A DNA stretch of 64,000 nt. Source: Verrucomicrobiota bacterium. GTDB lineage: Bacteria; Verrucomicrobiota; Verrucomicrobiia; Opitutales; Cerasicoccaceae. Where the stretch lies: contig JBCBUK010000001.1 in assembly GCA_039818205.1 (NCBI GenBank), forward strand, positions 160,001 to 224,000, written 5' to 3'. Below are positions 10,812 to 21,238 of the stretch, in pieces (position 1 is the stretch's first letter; the number at the start of each line of letters is the position of its first letter). Below the pieces are notes generated by a model that was not told the DNA's origin, ran no database searches, and saw only the letters and a program-made list of their open reading frames with translations. A program made the position numbers and the translations under genes.

Positions 10812-12221
10812 CTAGCCCTTGGGTGATTGGAACCAAGAGCGTTCAATTTCCTCAATCGTTCTGCCCTTGGTTTCTGGCATCAAGAATCGGACGGTCAAAA
10901 GAAGGAGAATGAGTTCAGCAGCGTAGATGAAGAAAATCGTCGACGTCTCCATGTTTGCCTGCATGACCGGAAAGATCATATTCAAGCCCGCACTGGTTAC
11001 CCAGATTGAAAACGTGGCCAAAGCGATTGCTTTTTCCCGCACACGGTTGGGAAAGATCTCCGATATAATCACGAATTTTACCGGACCCAACGCACACGCG
11101 AAGAACGCGATAAACAGATTGATCGCGATGACAATGGGCCAACCCATGACGTTCATTTCAAAGAGAACGCCAATCAAGATGTGGGAGAGCATGGCGCCTA
11201 CTGCCCCAATAGTGATGAGCTTCTTTCGCCCGGCGCTGTCGATAAGTGCCAGCGCAAACAAGGTGGCGACAAAGTTGACGATCGCGATCGTTGCAAAACC
11301 GCCGAGAGAACCACCTAGACCAAAGCCAGCGTCTTCGAAAATCTGGGGACCGTAGTAAAATACGACGGATACTCCACAAGCCTCAGACAAAATGCAGATT
11401 AACAATCCCAGAACCAAAGGCTTTCGCAAACGATGGGTGAACAGATCAAAGAACTTAACTCCACCTTCATCGGACAACGCAGATTCGATATCTTGACGAA
11501 CGGACCTTGCCTTTGCGGCACCGTTTACTTTCGCCAACACACGCTCAGCCTCATTGGATCGATTGCGTTTAACCAGCCATCGAGGGCTCTCCGGAATAAA
11601 AAAGACGCAAGCGAGAAACAGAATACCAGGAATCGCCTCAGCGAGGAACATCGCCCGCCAGTTTTCATCAACGGTCAACCACCGCCAAAAATCTGTTACG
11701 TCATCTGAATTTGAATTGGCCTCGGCCAAATTGAAAATGCCCCAGTTTGCGAACACACACATCACGATCCCGATCGTTATCGTAAGCTGGAAGAGCGTGA
11801 CCATCTTACCGCGGTGCCGTTCAGGGGAAATCTCCGAGATGTAAAGTGGGCACACCATCGTTGCCGCGCCGATACCCAAGCCGCCCAATAGGCGCGCCAT
11901 AATTAAGGTAACCGGCCCCGAGGCAAAGCCACTCCAGCTGGCTGATACAAATATCAGAATCGCAGCCATAGATAGGGTTAACTTTCGACCAAACCTGTCT
12001 GAGATCGGTCCAGCCGAGGCTGCACCAACGGCACAGGCCCAAAGGACACAGCTAACGTAAATTCCTAGCTCCCAGGGTGAGAAATCGAACTGCGACTCAA
12101 CTTGCGAATTCGTCCCAGAAACGACAACCGCATCGTAACCAAATAGAAGGCCTCCGAATGCAGCAACGAGGCATACAAACCAAAGGTATATCGTTGAACC
12201 GTGTTCTTCGTCCTGGGGCAT
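10812..12221 (-). CDS. MFS sugar porter (XylE/AraE-like)
   Basis: [46 protein letters not shown]. Confidence 0.95.
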   Translation of the reverse strand: MPQDEEHGSTIYLWFVCLVAAFGGLLFGYDAVVVSGTNSQVESQFDFSPWELGIYVSCVLWACAVGAASAGPISDRFGRKLTLSMAAILIFVSASWSGFASGPVTLIMARLLGGLGIGAATMVCPLYISEISPERHRGKMVTLFQLTITIGIVMCVFANWGIFNLAEANSNSDDVTDFWRWLTVDENWRAMFLAEAIPGILFLACVFFIPESPRWLVKRNRSNEAERVLAKVNGAAKARSVRQDIESALSDEGGVKFFDLFTHRLRKPLVLGLLICILSEACGVSVVFYYGPQIFEDAGFGLGGSLGGFATIAIVNFVATLFALALIDSAGRKKLITIGAVGAMLSHILIGVLFEMNVMGWPIVIAINLFIAFFACALGPVKFVIISEIFPNRVREKAIALATFSIWVTSAGLNMIFPVMQANMETSTIFFIYAAELILLLLTVRFLMPETKGRTIEEIERSWFQSPKG

Positions 12222-12251
12222 AAGTCGGTTGTTTGAGATAGTCTATGGCGC

Positions 12252-12923
12252 CTAAAGCACGCCGTATTTTTGGAATGCCTCCGAGCTCGACATGCCATTG
12301 TGCTCAATCTCCTTCCGGACCAAATTCTCGGCAAGGGCTTTTTCAAAAGCCTGCTGCAAAACCACTTCTTCATGGCGACGTGGAATGATCACCACCCCGT
12401 CAACATCTCCGAAAACTAGGTCGCCAGGCTCAATCCACACACCACCGACTTCAATCTTGCACCGATAGTCGGCTACCTGGGTGCGCACCCGTGAATCCTG
12501 TGCGTAGCTACCACGGCTAAAAACTGGCCAGTTTTGCTCCAGAACCTTCGGCGTATCTCGGTGATAGCCATTCACCACGGCGCCGACAGCGCCTCGACTT
12601 TTTGCAGTCGCGGTCAGTATCTCACCCCAGTAGGCACAGCGCATGTCGCCTCCGCTGGCTATATAGACTTCTCCGGGCTGCAGCTGATCCAGCGCTTCGG
12701 TCAGCTTGCCAAACGGCTGCTTCTGCTCGCCATGGACATCGATCATTAGCACCGGCATTGCCCGACCAACTACGGTCATACCATCAAGCATTGGCTGAAC
12801 AGGTTGCGGAAGGAACTGGTGATAGCAGTCCAATCCATCAAGAATATCACCAACTACCGGGGTATATAAATACTCACTGACTTGCTTAAAGCGTGTGGAG
12901 TCATCTGCCGCAATTTCCATCAC
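12252..12923 (-). CDS. RraA-family / HMG-aldolase-like protein
   Basis: [37 protein letters not shown]. Confidence 0.85.
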   Translation of the reverse strand: MMEIAADDSTRFKQVSEYLYTPVVGDILDGLDCYHQFLPQPVQPMLDGMTVVGRAMPVLMIDVHGEQKQPFGKLTEALDQLQPGEVYIASGGDMRCAYWGEILTATAKSRGAVGAVVNGYHRDTPKVLEQNWPVFSRGSYAQDSRVRTQVADYRCKIEVGGVWIEPGDLVFGDVDGVVIIPRRHEEVVLQQAFEKALAENLVRKEIEHNGMSSSEAFQKYGVL

Positions 12924-13045
12924 CTAATCCAATCAACCCTCGGTCCAGATTGGCTAGAGCAAACAGGTCGCCAGGTTGGCCGGTGACCGATATGGCTAGC
13001 TCAAGTCGACACCATAGCGGCTCTCAACTGGCAATGGCTTTAAGC

Positions 13046-13079
13046 AAAAAAACGGAAGTAGCCGTCGAGACTACTTCCG
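13046..13079 (-). terminator. Intrinsic terminator downstream of the GH29 gene
   Basis: Minus strand reads cggaagtag-tctcgacgg-ctacttccg then T7. Confidence 0.7.
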
Positions 13080-13116
13080 CAATTGAATACTTAATGCCAG
13101 TTTGGAAGCTGAAGTC

Positions 13117-14652
13117 CTACCAGTGGGTAAACATGTAGGGCTCAAAATCAAAGTCGTCACCAAATTCAGCAATGATGACATCCGTTACTTTCCCCGCCTT
13201 TAGATCATTCGGAACCCACATCTTGAGTACACCATCAGCATATTCGAAAGGTAACTGGTCTCCGGTGCGCATCAGGGTCACAGCAACCGGCTTCTTGGCA
13301 CCTTCAAAGACGATGGGCTTGTCCTCGGTCGCTTCATTATCCATCGCGTGAAAGAACCAAACATTGTCCCGGCAAGTAACAGGCACATTAGCCTTTTCAG
13401 GCCACGGACCACCACCATTGATTCCAAACACCGAATCTTTGTTGGTGCTCATCCACTCCTCCATTTCGCCAAATAGACGGTAAGCGTCGTCTTGCATACG
13501 ACCGTCTGGCCGTGGACCGAGGTTTGCCAGAAGATTGCCGCCCATGCATCGAGCCATCGCGAGCTCTTTTAATACACGGTCAGTATCGTAAACGTTTTCG
13601 CCATGGTGCTTATCATAGTGCCAGGAACCACTTTGAATGATGGCGTTGACCTCCCACCACCAACCATTTTCAAGTACTGGCTTACGAATGTATTGCGGTT
13701 GCGCCATGTGGAAACCTTCCGCAGTCGCGTGGTCACCGTTGCTATATCCACGGTTGTTGACAACGATTCCCGGGCGCCAGGCACGAATTTTCTCGATGTC
13801 CGCGCCATGCCCTCCGTCTCCCCACCAGATATCTGGACTAAACTTGTCGATGACTTCTTTAACCTGGTTCTCATTGAATTCTGCGTATGCTTTCGAGAAA
13901 CTGGGTGGCCGTTTTGGCAACGACTTCACCTTATCACCGTTGAAATCCACGATAACATTCGGATCCATACTGAAGTTCATATAGTCTCGCTCAAAATACC
14001 AGTCCATGCCCGAGTAATAGAGGCCGACCTTGATGTCGTTGTTGCGACATGCTTCAACCCAGGGAGCCACTAAGTCACGGCCATCCATGGTCTGACGCAC
14101 TCCGATTAATGCATAGTCAGAATCCCACATCGCGAATCCGCCATGGTGCTTCAAGGTCAGTACTGAATACTTGAAGCCAGCCCGCTTGGCAGCCTCCATC
14201 CATTTCTCTGGATCGTAATCGGTCGGGTTCCACCCTTCCACAGATTCCCACAGTTCTGTTTGCGGATAAAAGGCACCTCGATCCTCACCTCCTTGCGTCC
14301 AGCGACCACTCCAGCCTTCTCCATTCGGCTCAAACACACTCGGCAAGCCCCAGCAGAGGAACAAACCTAGACCCGCTTCTGGCCACCATTGTGCATCCGG
14401 GTGATCGGTCCTTTCCGTGGTGACATGAAGCTTGCCGTTCGTCCATTTATTCCACTGCGGCCAATAGTAAAAACGCTTTCCGTCGCGTTCCTCAATTCGC
14501 GGAGTGACAGTCTCCCCAGTGATACGGTCACGATAGGCTTCCGCACTACCATCCTCTGTCTGCGATGGCTTAAAATTTGCCTCGGCAGAAAACGAAAGCA
14601 TCAACGATAATGCGATGCTCAAAGTGGTTACATTGCTTAGTTTTAATTCCAT
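13117..14652 (-). CDS. GH29 alpha-L-fucosidase-like glycosidase, secreted, divergent active site
   Basis: GLGLFLCWG, DPEKWMEAAKRAG, LTLKHHGGFAMWDS, GLYYS, WWGDG, GGNLLANLGPRPDG; signal peptide. Confidence 0.85.
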   Translation of the reverse strand: MELKLSNVTTLSIALSLMLSFSAEANFKPSQTEDGSAEAYRDRITGETVTPRIEERDGKRFYYWPQWNKWTNGKLHVTTERTDHPDAQWWPEAGLGLFLCWGLPSVFEPNGEGWSGRWTQGGEDRGAFYPQTELWESVEGWNPTDYDPEKWMEAAKRAGFKYSVLTLKHHGGFAMWDSDYALIGVRQTMDGRDLVAPWVEACRNNDIKVGLYYSGMDWYFERDYMNFSMDPNVIVDFNGDKVKSLPKRPPSFSKAYAEFNENQVKEVIDKFSPDIWWGDGGHGADIEKIRAWRPGIVVNNRGYSNGDHATAEGFHMAQPQYIRKPVLENGWWWEVNAIIQSGSWHYDKHHGENVYDTDRVLKELAMARCMGGNLLANLGPRPDGRMQDDAYRLFGEMEEWMSTNKDSVFGINGGGPWPEKANVPVTCRDNVWFFHAMDNEATEDKPIVFEGAKKPVAVTLMRTGDQLPFEYADGVLKMWVPNDLKAGKVTDVIIAEFGDDFDFEPYMFTHW

Positions 14653-14718
14653 ATTTAAGGGTCTCCTCTTGAGAATAGACTCAGCGTGTCGCAGCTTCAG
14701 GAAATATTCAACCCAAAA

Positions 14719-14734
14719 ATGTGCACGTGCACAT
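14719..14734. promoter_or_regulatory. Candidate LacI-family operator
   Basis: Perfect 16-bp palindrome ATGTGCACGTGCACAT with central CG, between divergent GH29 and LacI genes. Confidence 0.65.
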
Positions 14735-14790
14735 CAATGTGATAATGAATGGACAAACCGGCTAGAACCGTATCAATATGCGACAACTGG

Positions 14791-15825
14791 ATGAAGAATC
14801 AGACTTACAAGAACAGCACCGCCACATTGGTTGAAGTTGCCAAGATTGCTGGTGTCTCCCGTCAAACCGTTAGCCGAATACTCGGATCGGAAGCTAACAA
14901 GCACAAACCAGAGACGGTTAAGAAAGTTAAGGAGATCGCGAGCTCGCTCGGCTACCGGCCTAATCTGTTGGCGAAGAGTATCGTAGCGGGCAAAACGAAT
15001 AGCATCGGCATCCTTGTTCCCGTAATCAACAGCTTGGACGGCTTCTTCACGCAAGTCACCTATGGCATTCAATCCGCACTGATCGACACGGATATTATAC
15101 CAATTTTTCTTCACGCCTCCCCTGATGCTCCCGAACATCACCAGATCCACCGATTGGTCGACCGGCGGGTTGATGGCATTATCCTAATTCCTCAGAAAAC
15201 GGACGTTGCTCCGGATTACTTCTGCGAGATCACCTACCGCCGAATTCCGGTTGTCTGCGTGAACGAAAAGCTCACCAACATCGGTGCTGTTGATTTTGTG
15301 GGAACCGATGAAGCACGCGGTGGTCGTATCGCGGCTGAATATCTGTTGCGCATGGGCCATACAAACATCGGCTGCCTCCGCTGGAGCGGGAGTTCCGTCA
15401 ATCTTGGAAAACGGCTCCAGGGATTCACAAAAACCATTCATGAAGCTGAAGCCCGCCTCCAGGACATTGCTTTAGACGATTGGACCATTGATGGCTGCAT
15501 GCAAACGCTTTGCGAGGCACTCACCCAGCCAGATCGCCCAAGCGCATTTTTCTGCGTATCCGACCAGTATGCCGGTATCCTGTACAAGGCCGCCGAAAAA
15601 CTTGGCTTAACCATTCCAGACGACTTTTCAGTCCTCGGCTTTGCTAACCTTCCCTGGAGCGAGTTTCTATCGCCATCCCTAAGCACGATGAGCCAGGACG
15701 GCCAGCGCATTGGCGTCGAGGCCGCCAAACTGTTGCTTAGCCGCATCGAAGGCTCGACTGACCGCGCAAAAAACAAACGCGTCCCGGTGCGGCTTATTCA
15801 ACGCGATTCAGTGGCTCCTCGCTAA
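14791..15825 (+). CDS. LacI-family transcriptional regulator
   Basis: TLVEVAKIAGVSRQTVSRIL, LGYRPNLLA, IPDDFSVLGF, PSLSTM. Confidence 0.95.
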   Translation: MKNQTYKNSTATLVEVAKIAGVSRQTVSRILGSEANKHKPETVKKVKEIASSLGYRPNLLAKSIVAGKTNSIGILVPVINSLDGFFTQVTYGIQSALIDTDIIPIFLHASPDAPEHHQIHRLVDRRVDGIILIPQKTDVAPDYFCEITYRRIPVVCVNEKLTNIGAVDFVGTDEARGGRIAAEYLLRMGHTNIGCLRWSGSSVNLGKRLQGFTKTIHEAEARLQDIALDDWTIDGCMQTLCEALTQPDRPSAFFCVSDQYAGILYKAAEKLGLTIPDDFSVLGFANLPWSEFLSPSLSTMSQDGQRIGVEAAKLLLSRIEGSTDRAKNKRVPVRLIQRDSVAPR

Positions 15826-15889
15826 CCAAGGGCAACCGCCTGGTTACCTGGCTCAGTTTCGCCAACGTCGACTCAGATCCTTGCGGCAT

Positions 15890-15924
15890 AAAAAACCCCT
15901 AGCTCACGAGTGAGCTAGAGGTTT
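15890..15924. terminator. Intrinsic terminator between convergent genes
   Basis: aaaaaacccctagctcac-ga-gtgagctagaggttt. Confidence 0.65.
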
Positions 15925-15945
15925 CGAAAACAATAGATCGATCAG

Positions 15946-16683
15946 TTAAGCAGACTTACGGCGGCGAACAATCGCAAATGCGAGCACACCAAGACCGAGC
16001 ACAGCTGCGTAAGTCGAAGGCTCAGGAACAACGGCAATTTGGATGCCATTCAGTGCACTGAACGAAGCAACGCCAGGGTCAGCACTGTCCCAGATTACGG
16101 AAATCTCACCGGAACCGTCAGCGACGATGTTGGAGAAAGTAACGTAATTCAAACCTTCGGTAAGCGCCGCGGCTGGGCCGTTACCGGACGAAACCTGAGT
16201 GTCCAATCCAATGGTGAAGCTACCACCTTGTCCGTTGGAGTCCCCCTGGGAGACAAACGCTAGATCATAAACGCCACCTGGAGCCAAACCATTCAACGTA
16301 ATCGTTTCAGCACCAACAGGTGATGCACCGAAACCGTTGTTTGGAGCCAGATAGTTATTTACGATCGCAGCTGGCGAACCAGCCTGGCTAAATGTAAACT
16401 GGTTACCGTTTCCACTAGTATTATCAATCGTATAGCCAAACGCGGTCGCAACACCATCGCTATCGAAGAGGCTTGAGCCCGCTCCGAAATTAGTGATGTC
16501 GTTCCAGGTAGTACCGGTATAGGCAAATGGAGAAACACCCGCGGCGAAGGCGGTTCCGTCGAGGTTCACGCCAGCATTCGATCCGCCGGTCGTAACAATG
16601 TTAACGTTAACCACCTGACCGCTGACCGTTAATGTCAAAAATGACATCGCTCCCAGCGCAGGAAGTAAGTATTTTTTCTTCAT
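15946..16683 (-). CDS. PEP-CTERM sorting-domain surface protein
   Basis: Signal peptide; VPEPSTYAAVLGLGVLAFAIVRRRK. Confidence 0.9.
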   Translation of the reverse strand: MKKKYLLPALGAMSFLTLTVSGQVVNVNIVTTGGSNAGVNLDGTAFAAGVSPFAYTGTTWNDITNFGAGSSLFDSDGVATAFGYTIDNTSGNGNQFTFSQAGSPAAIVNNYLAPNNGFGASPVGAETITLNGLAPGGVYDLAFVSQGDSNGQGGSFTIGLDTQVSSGNGPAAALTEGLNYVTFSNIVADGSGEISVIWDSADPGVASFSALNGIQIAVVPEPSTYAAVLGLGVLAFAIVRRRKSA

Positions 16684-17142
16684 GATAGATTAAGGGTTAT
16701 ATAAGGGGGTCGTAATGACGGAATATGTCAATAGACGCAATTGAAACGGTTGTAAAGCAAAATACCCAAAAACCTGCGAAAGCCTTATCAAACGGATAAG
16801 GTTAACTAATCAATTTTGCGCAAACGATGTGCTCTAGATCGCTAGAACCACTTCTAATCTCAATATTTCCGCAATCTTTACAGACGGTCCCCGCATCGCA
16901 TTTTCAGCCCTTGTCGAAGCAAATACATAGATTCATGACGATTTTTGAATAGTCATTTCTCGACCAATTCATCATCGGCGACGAGGTTTATCTTGCCATC
17001 GAGACAATTACGGATGGGGCTCCGGTCGATAGATTTTGTCAAAAAACCCGCCTGTGTTCATAAATCCGTAAACCACTAAAGACCAACTAGTTAAATTTTT
17101 CAGTTTAGTTTTCGCTGGCTACCGTCGATAAAAGAGGAACAC

Positions 17143-18780
17143 ATGAGGGGGGAATCAATAGCAGTATCATTGCTGAAAATGCCGGTCTTGACGGCTTTGT
17201 TCGCGAGTGCACTGTCCGGCCAGGTCGACATTATCTCGACGTCACCGTCAGTCAATCTGGACGGGATTAACTCGCAAGGTACGGGAATCTACCAGGACTT
17301 GCGAAATAACGGCCTCCCCGAAAACAACGTACTCTATCTTTTTGTCGAGCAGCAGAACGTGACCCTTGGTTCCAACTTAGTCGTCGGGGAAATCCAGGAT
17401 GGCGTGGCTTACGACCAAGGGAATAAACCATCGAACACGACTATCGCAGCTGGAACAACCGTCTCGAGTATTTTCCTTCACTATAATAGAAACAGTGGTT
17501 CCGGCGAATTAACCGGGCAGTTTGAATTCAATCGTGAGGTGCTCGGCCTTTCTTGGGCCTCAGGAACGGGCAATGCGTCATTGGTCCAATCCGACTTCAT
17601 GGGCATCCCTGGAACCTTGTTTCAATCCAATGGGGGCAATGCGCGCGGTGTATTCGAGAATTTCGATACGATTACGGTCAACGGATCCACCGTAGACTTC
17701 GCGCTCCGGATGAGCTCGAACTTCATCGACCAGTTTCGACTCATTCTGAACGCAACCCCATACTTTTACTGGGACCTCAACGGGAGCACACCAGGCGCAG
17801 GCGGAGCGACCCCAAATGGCACGTGGAACAACACGAATACTTTCTGGAGCACTGCAATCGAGGGCGACATTAGCACCAGCATATTTGCATTCGACAGTAT
17901 TGCGGTCTTCTCCGCGGGCGACGATGCAACAGGAACCTACTCTATCGAAAAAGACGATACCGAGAGTATCAACGGGCTAAACTTTCAGGATGGAAACGTA
18001 TCCATCGTCGACAATAGCGGGACCAAAGGGGTTTTGAACCTCAACACGGTTGATGGAGTCAACCCCGGCATCAACGTGAACGATGGGGCGACGGGAACGA
18101 TACAGATCGAGATCAACGACGGCGGCAACGGCATCCGGAAAACCGGCACCGGAACCCTCGAGTTTGGCGATACACCCGTTGGATCGACGATGAGCATTTC
18201 CGGTGAGCTCGACATCCAAGTCGGAACGGTAAACCTCAACAACAGTAACAATACCGACTACATCACGGGGAATGTTTCAATCAACTCTGGCACAACCTTG
18301 ATTCTTTCTGCGGATAACCAAATGGCTGCGTCATCCAATATGACGATCGATGGAGGCACATTCCAGGTTGATAATGCCAGTGACACCCTCGGCACGCTAA
18401 CCCTCAGCGACGATTCGGTCATCGATTTTTCAGGCTCCAACGCAGACGTTCGATTTGCCGACTCATCCAGCGAGTCCTGGGGCTCATCAACGCTGACCAT
18501 CAGTGACTGGGACGGACGACTTGTCGGAGGCGGGAATGAGCAACTGTTCTTTGGAAACTCTGCCAGCGGCCTCAACGGCTCTCAGATACAAAACGTATTT
18601 TTTGAGAACCCGATGGGGCTCCCCGCCGGCACCTACGGGGCTCGAATTTTGACAACAGGAGAGGTTGTCCCAGTCGTCCCAGAACCATCGACCTACCTGT
18701 TTGGGGCTTCGTTGGTGGGATTTTTGGCGTATTTTCATCTGCGCCGGCGCCGAAAGCCTAAGGCCACCTTGCAAAGCTAG
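17143..18780 (+). CDS. PEP-CTERM protein with passenger-associated beta-helix-like repeats
   Basis: YWDLNGSTPGAGG, IRKTGTGTLEF, LGTLTLSDDSVIDF; VPEPSTYLFGA...RRRRK. Confidence 0.85.
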   Translation: MRGESIAVSLLKMPVLTALFASALSGQVDIISTSPSVNLDGINSQGTGIYQDLRNNGLPENNVLYLFVEQQNVTLGSNLVVGEIQDGVAYDQGNKPSNTTIAAGTTVSSIFLHYNRNSGSGELTGQFEFNREVLGLSWASGTGNASLVQSDFMGIPGTLFQSNGGNARGVFENFDTITVNGSTVDFALRMSSNFIDQFRLILNATPYFYWDLNGSTPGAGGATPNGTWNNTNTFWSTAIEGDISTSIFAFDSIAVFSAGDDATGTYSIEKDDTESINGLNFQDGNVSIVDNSGTKGVLNLNTVDGVNPGINVNDGATGTIQIEINDGGNGIRKTGTGTLEFGDTPVGSTMSISGELDIQVGTVNLNNSNNTDYITGNVSINSGTTLILSADNQMAASSNMTIDGGTFQVDNASDTLGTLTLSDDSVIDFSGSNADVRFADSSSESWGSSTLTISDWDGRLVGGGNEQLFFGNSASGLNGSQIQNVFFENPMGLPAGTYGARILTTGEVVPVVPEPSTYLFGASLVGFLAYFHLRRRRKPKATLQS

Positions 18781-18935
18781 CCGAAAGATAGCTCGGTAAT
18801 TTTCGGGCTCTATCCCTGTCCGTCCTTAATGTTGATGGGACCCATACAGGTGCTAAACCTCAATTTGGTCAATTTTTCTAGCGCTCCTTGACAGAACCGG
18901 TTATGCATGGAAGCTGATTTACGAGGTAACCTCAA

Positions 18936-21062
18936 ATGAAGACCGAACTTTATACTTTTTGCACCGCATTCTCGGAAACGCTGGAACCCCTAGGCACGAC
19001 TCTTAGCGAGTCACTTAAAGCTTTGGAGAGCCAAACAGACGCCGCCACATTTCGTGCCCCGGCGATGCACGTTCGTGAGATTAATCACCAGCTAAGCACC
19101 CTTCAGAAGAAGATCAGCAATCAGCAGTCTTACCTGTTGATTTTCGGCCCACTCAAGAGTGGCAAGTCGACCCTAATGAATGCAATCAGCGGCGCCTACG
19201 TTAGCGAGGTTTCCAGCCTGCCTGCCTATCCCGCAATGGTTTACGTCACGCACGGCAGCAAGAAACGTTTCAGCGCGACTACTTACAACGGCACTGAAAA
19301 GGAGTTTGGCGACGAGGCTGGCATGGCCGCCTCCATTCGCGACGCCCACGCCCTACTCGCTGAGCGCTTACTCAACGCTGAGCAGCGTGCCGAAGAATTC
19401 GACCCGGCAAATCACCTACCCGAAGCACTTCGACGCGTTGATGTCGAAATTCCCGCCGATAATTTGCGCAACTCCGGCATGGTCCTCGTTGACACCCCGG
19501 GGCTCTATAGCCGCATGAAGTTTGGTTACGACCTCATGACGCGTGAGTTCCGCGACACCGCCGCGTGTGCCATCTTCGTGGTAAAGAGTGACAACTTGTT
19601 CTTTGAGAAGGTGTTCGAAGAATTCAATCAGTTGCTCGGCAACTTCAGCCGCATTTTCCTCGTTGTTAACATCGACAGCAATAAGAAGGATCTGAATCCC
19701 GACGGCAGCTTGACGCCGGCTCTTGAAAGCCGTTCGCCTGAAGAAGTCGTCAAGGCGTTCCAGTCGTTGTCCATGTCAGCTCCTTTGCGAGAAGCCTACG
19801 AGAGCAACCGCCTGAATGTTTATACGATCGACCTACTCAAGGCCGCCCAGGACCATATCCGTCATACCCAAGCCGCTGGCGATACGGTTGAGTCGGAGGA
19901 CGAGGTCGCCGAAGAGCCCGCTAACGACGGAGCGAAGATCGACGATTTCATTCATGATCTGACTGAGTATCTCAATAGTAGCGATTATCTTCAGGACTTC
20001 ATTTCGGACAGTATCCGCAGCAGCCAGTCTCTCGCCGCGGGCGCCATCGACGTATTTAATTCCGAGGCGATTGGAGCGATGAAGATTCAGGCGAAGCGCC
20101 TGCAAGAACGTCACGACGACATCAACCAACGCCTGGAAAGCATCGTCAAACTAGGCGAAGTTGATTGGGAAAGCGCATTCGACCATCTGTTCACGGAGAA
20201 GGAGCGCATGGTTGCTGAAATCGCCCGCAACTACTCCGATGAACTCAGCAAGAGCATGAGTGCGCAGGTCGATGATTGGTTCCACACTGACGCCAGCTTA
20301 AACGATCTCCTTTCGGGCTTGAACAGCACGGTCCAAACAGCCGTCGAGAAGGACCTCAAGGCACACACCGCTGAGCTCAAGGACCTAATGTCCAATTCGA
20401 TGGGTGGAGCCCGCTTGTCGGAAGCGGATCACAAGGAACTTGAACGGACTGGCCTATCGATCGAGAGCTCAGTCCCTGCCCTACTCGCCCGCCTCGAGAA
20501 AGATTTCGAGCTTCCCGCAAATCCAATCACCATTTCCGCAGACATCGTTCCGGTTAAGCGTGTATTCTTCTGGGACGTCATTTGCTTCCGTAGCGAAGAT
20601 AAGGTTCGGACCAAGATCTTTGGTGACGAGGACAGCGAGCCGATTCCATCGATTATCAAAACAAAGCGCCTCACCGGCGAAGGTATCGAGCGGATCCGCC
20701 AAGAGGTTCTCAAGTATCCTGAGGGCGAGCTTCCGAATAAACTGAAAGCTCACCTCGAATCGATCCTCAACAGCTACGTCGCGGCTTACAAAGAATCGAT
20801 GACTCAGCAGATTGGCGAACTAAAGAACCGCGTAACTCAGCGCAAAGTCGAGGCCGTCAAGGCAATCAACGACAACCGCAAAGTGCGCCAACAGTTCGAA
20901 GAGCTGATTGCCTTCTGTGAGCGCTTCCACCAGGAAGCAGAATCGATCAAGGAACGCTTCCAGCCACAGGATATTATCGCTGAAAGTGGCGAAGGTGAAG
21001 AAGACCCGATCATGGTTGAATTCCCCGAGATTGAAGAAGGCGAAGACCTTCAAGAGGTCTAA
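18936..21062 (+). CDS. Dynamin-like GTPase
   Basis: G1 GPLKSGKST, G3 LVDTPG, long helical/coiled-coil C-terminal half. Confidence 0.8.
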   Translation: MKTELYTFCTAFSETLEPLGTTLSESLKALESQTDAATFRAPAMHVREINHQLSTLQKKISNQQSYLLIFGPLKSGKSTLMNAISGAYVSEVSSLPAYPAMVYVTHGSKKRFSATTYNGTEKEFGDEAGMAASIRDAHALLAERLLNAEQRAEEFDPANHLPEALRRVDVEIPADNLRNSGMVLVDTPGLYSRMKFGYDLMTREFRDTAACAIFVVKSDNLFFEKVFEEFNQLLGNFSRIFLVVNIDSNKKDLNPDGSLTPALESRSPEEVVKAFQSLSMSAPLREAYESNRLNVYTIDLLKAAQDHIRHTQAAGDTVESEDEVAEEPANDGAKIDDFIHDLTEYLNSSDYLQDFISDSIRSSQSLAAGAIDVFNSEAIGAMKIQAKRLQERHDDINQRLESIVKLGEVDWESAFDHLFTEKERMVAEIARNYSDELSKSMSAQVDDWFHTDASLNDLLSGLNSTVQTAVEKDLKAHTAELKDLMSNSMGGARLSEADHKELERTGLSIESSVPALLARLEKDFELPANPITISADIVPVKRVFFWDVICFRSEDKVRTKIFGDEDSEPIPSIIKTKRLTGEGIERIRQEVLKYPEGELPNKLKAHLESILNSYVAAYKESMTQQIGELKNRVTQRKVEAVKAINDNRKVRQQFEELIAFCERFHQEAESIKERFQPQDIIAESGEGEEDPIMVEFPEIEEGEDLQEV

Positions 21063-21089
21063 ACCATTTCAAGCGACCATTTTAATTTT

Positions 21090-21121
21090 AAAGTCCGAGC
21101 TGATCAGCTCGGACTTTTTTT
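21090..21121 (+). terminator. Intrinsic terminator
   Basis: Palindrome aaagtccgagctgatcagctcggacttt plus T-tract. Confidence 0.8.
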
Positions 21122-21238
21122 GTCTATTCTGGTCAACAATTTCGATTTACGGACGCTGAGGATTCGACATTCGTCACCCCGACCATTTAACTGACGACAG
21201 CTTTCTTGCTAACACTAACTTCTGCTGCACGCCTCACC

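Noticed and set aside
16684..17142. Long intergenic region as a possible ncRNA or riboswitch
   Set aside because: No recognisable conserved motif or strong structure; explained as divergent promoters.
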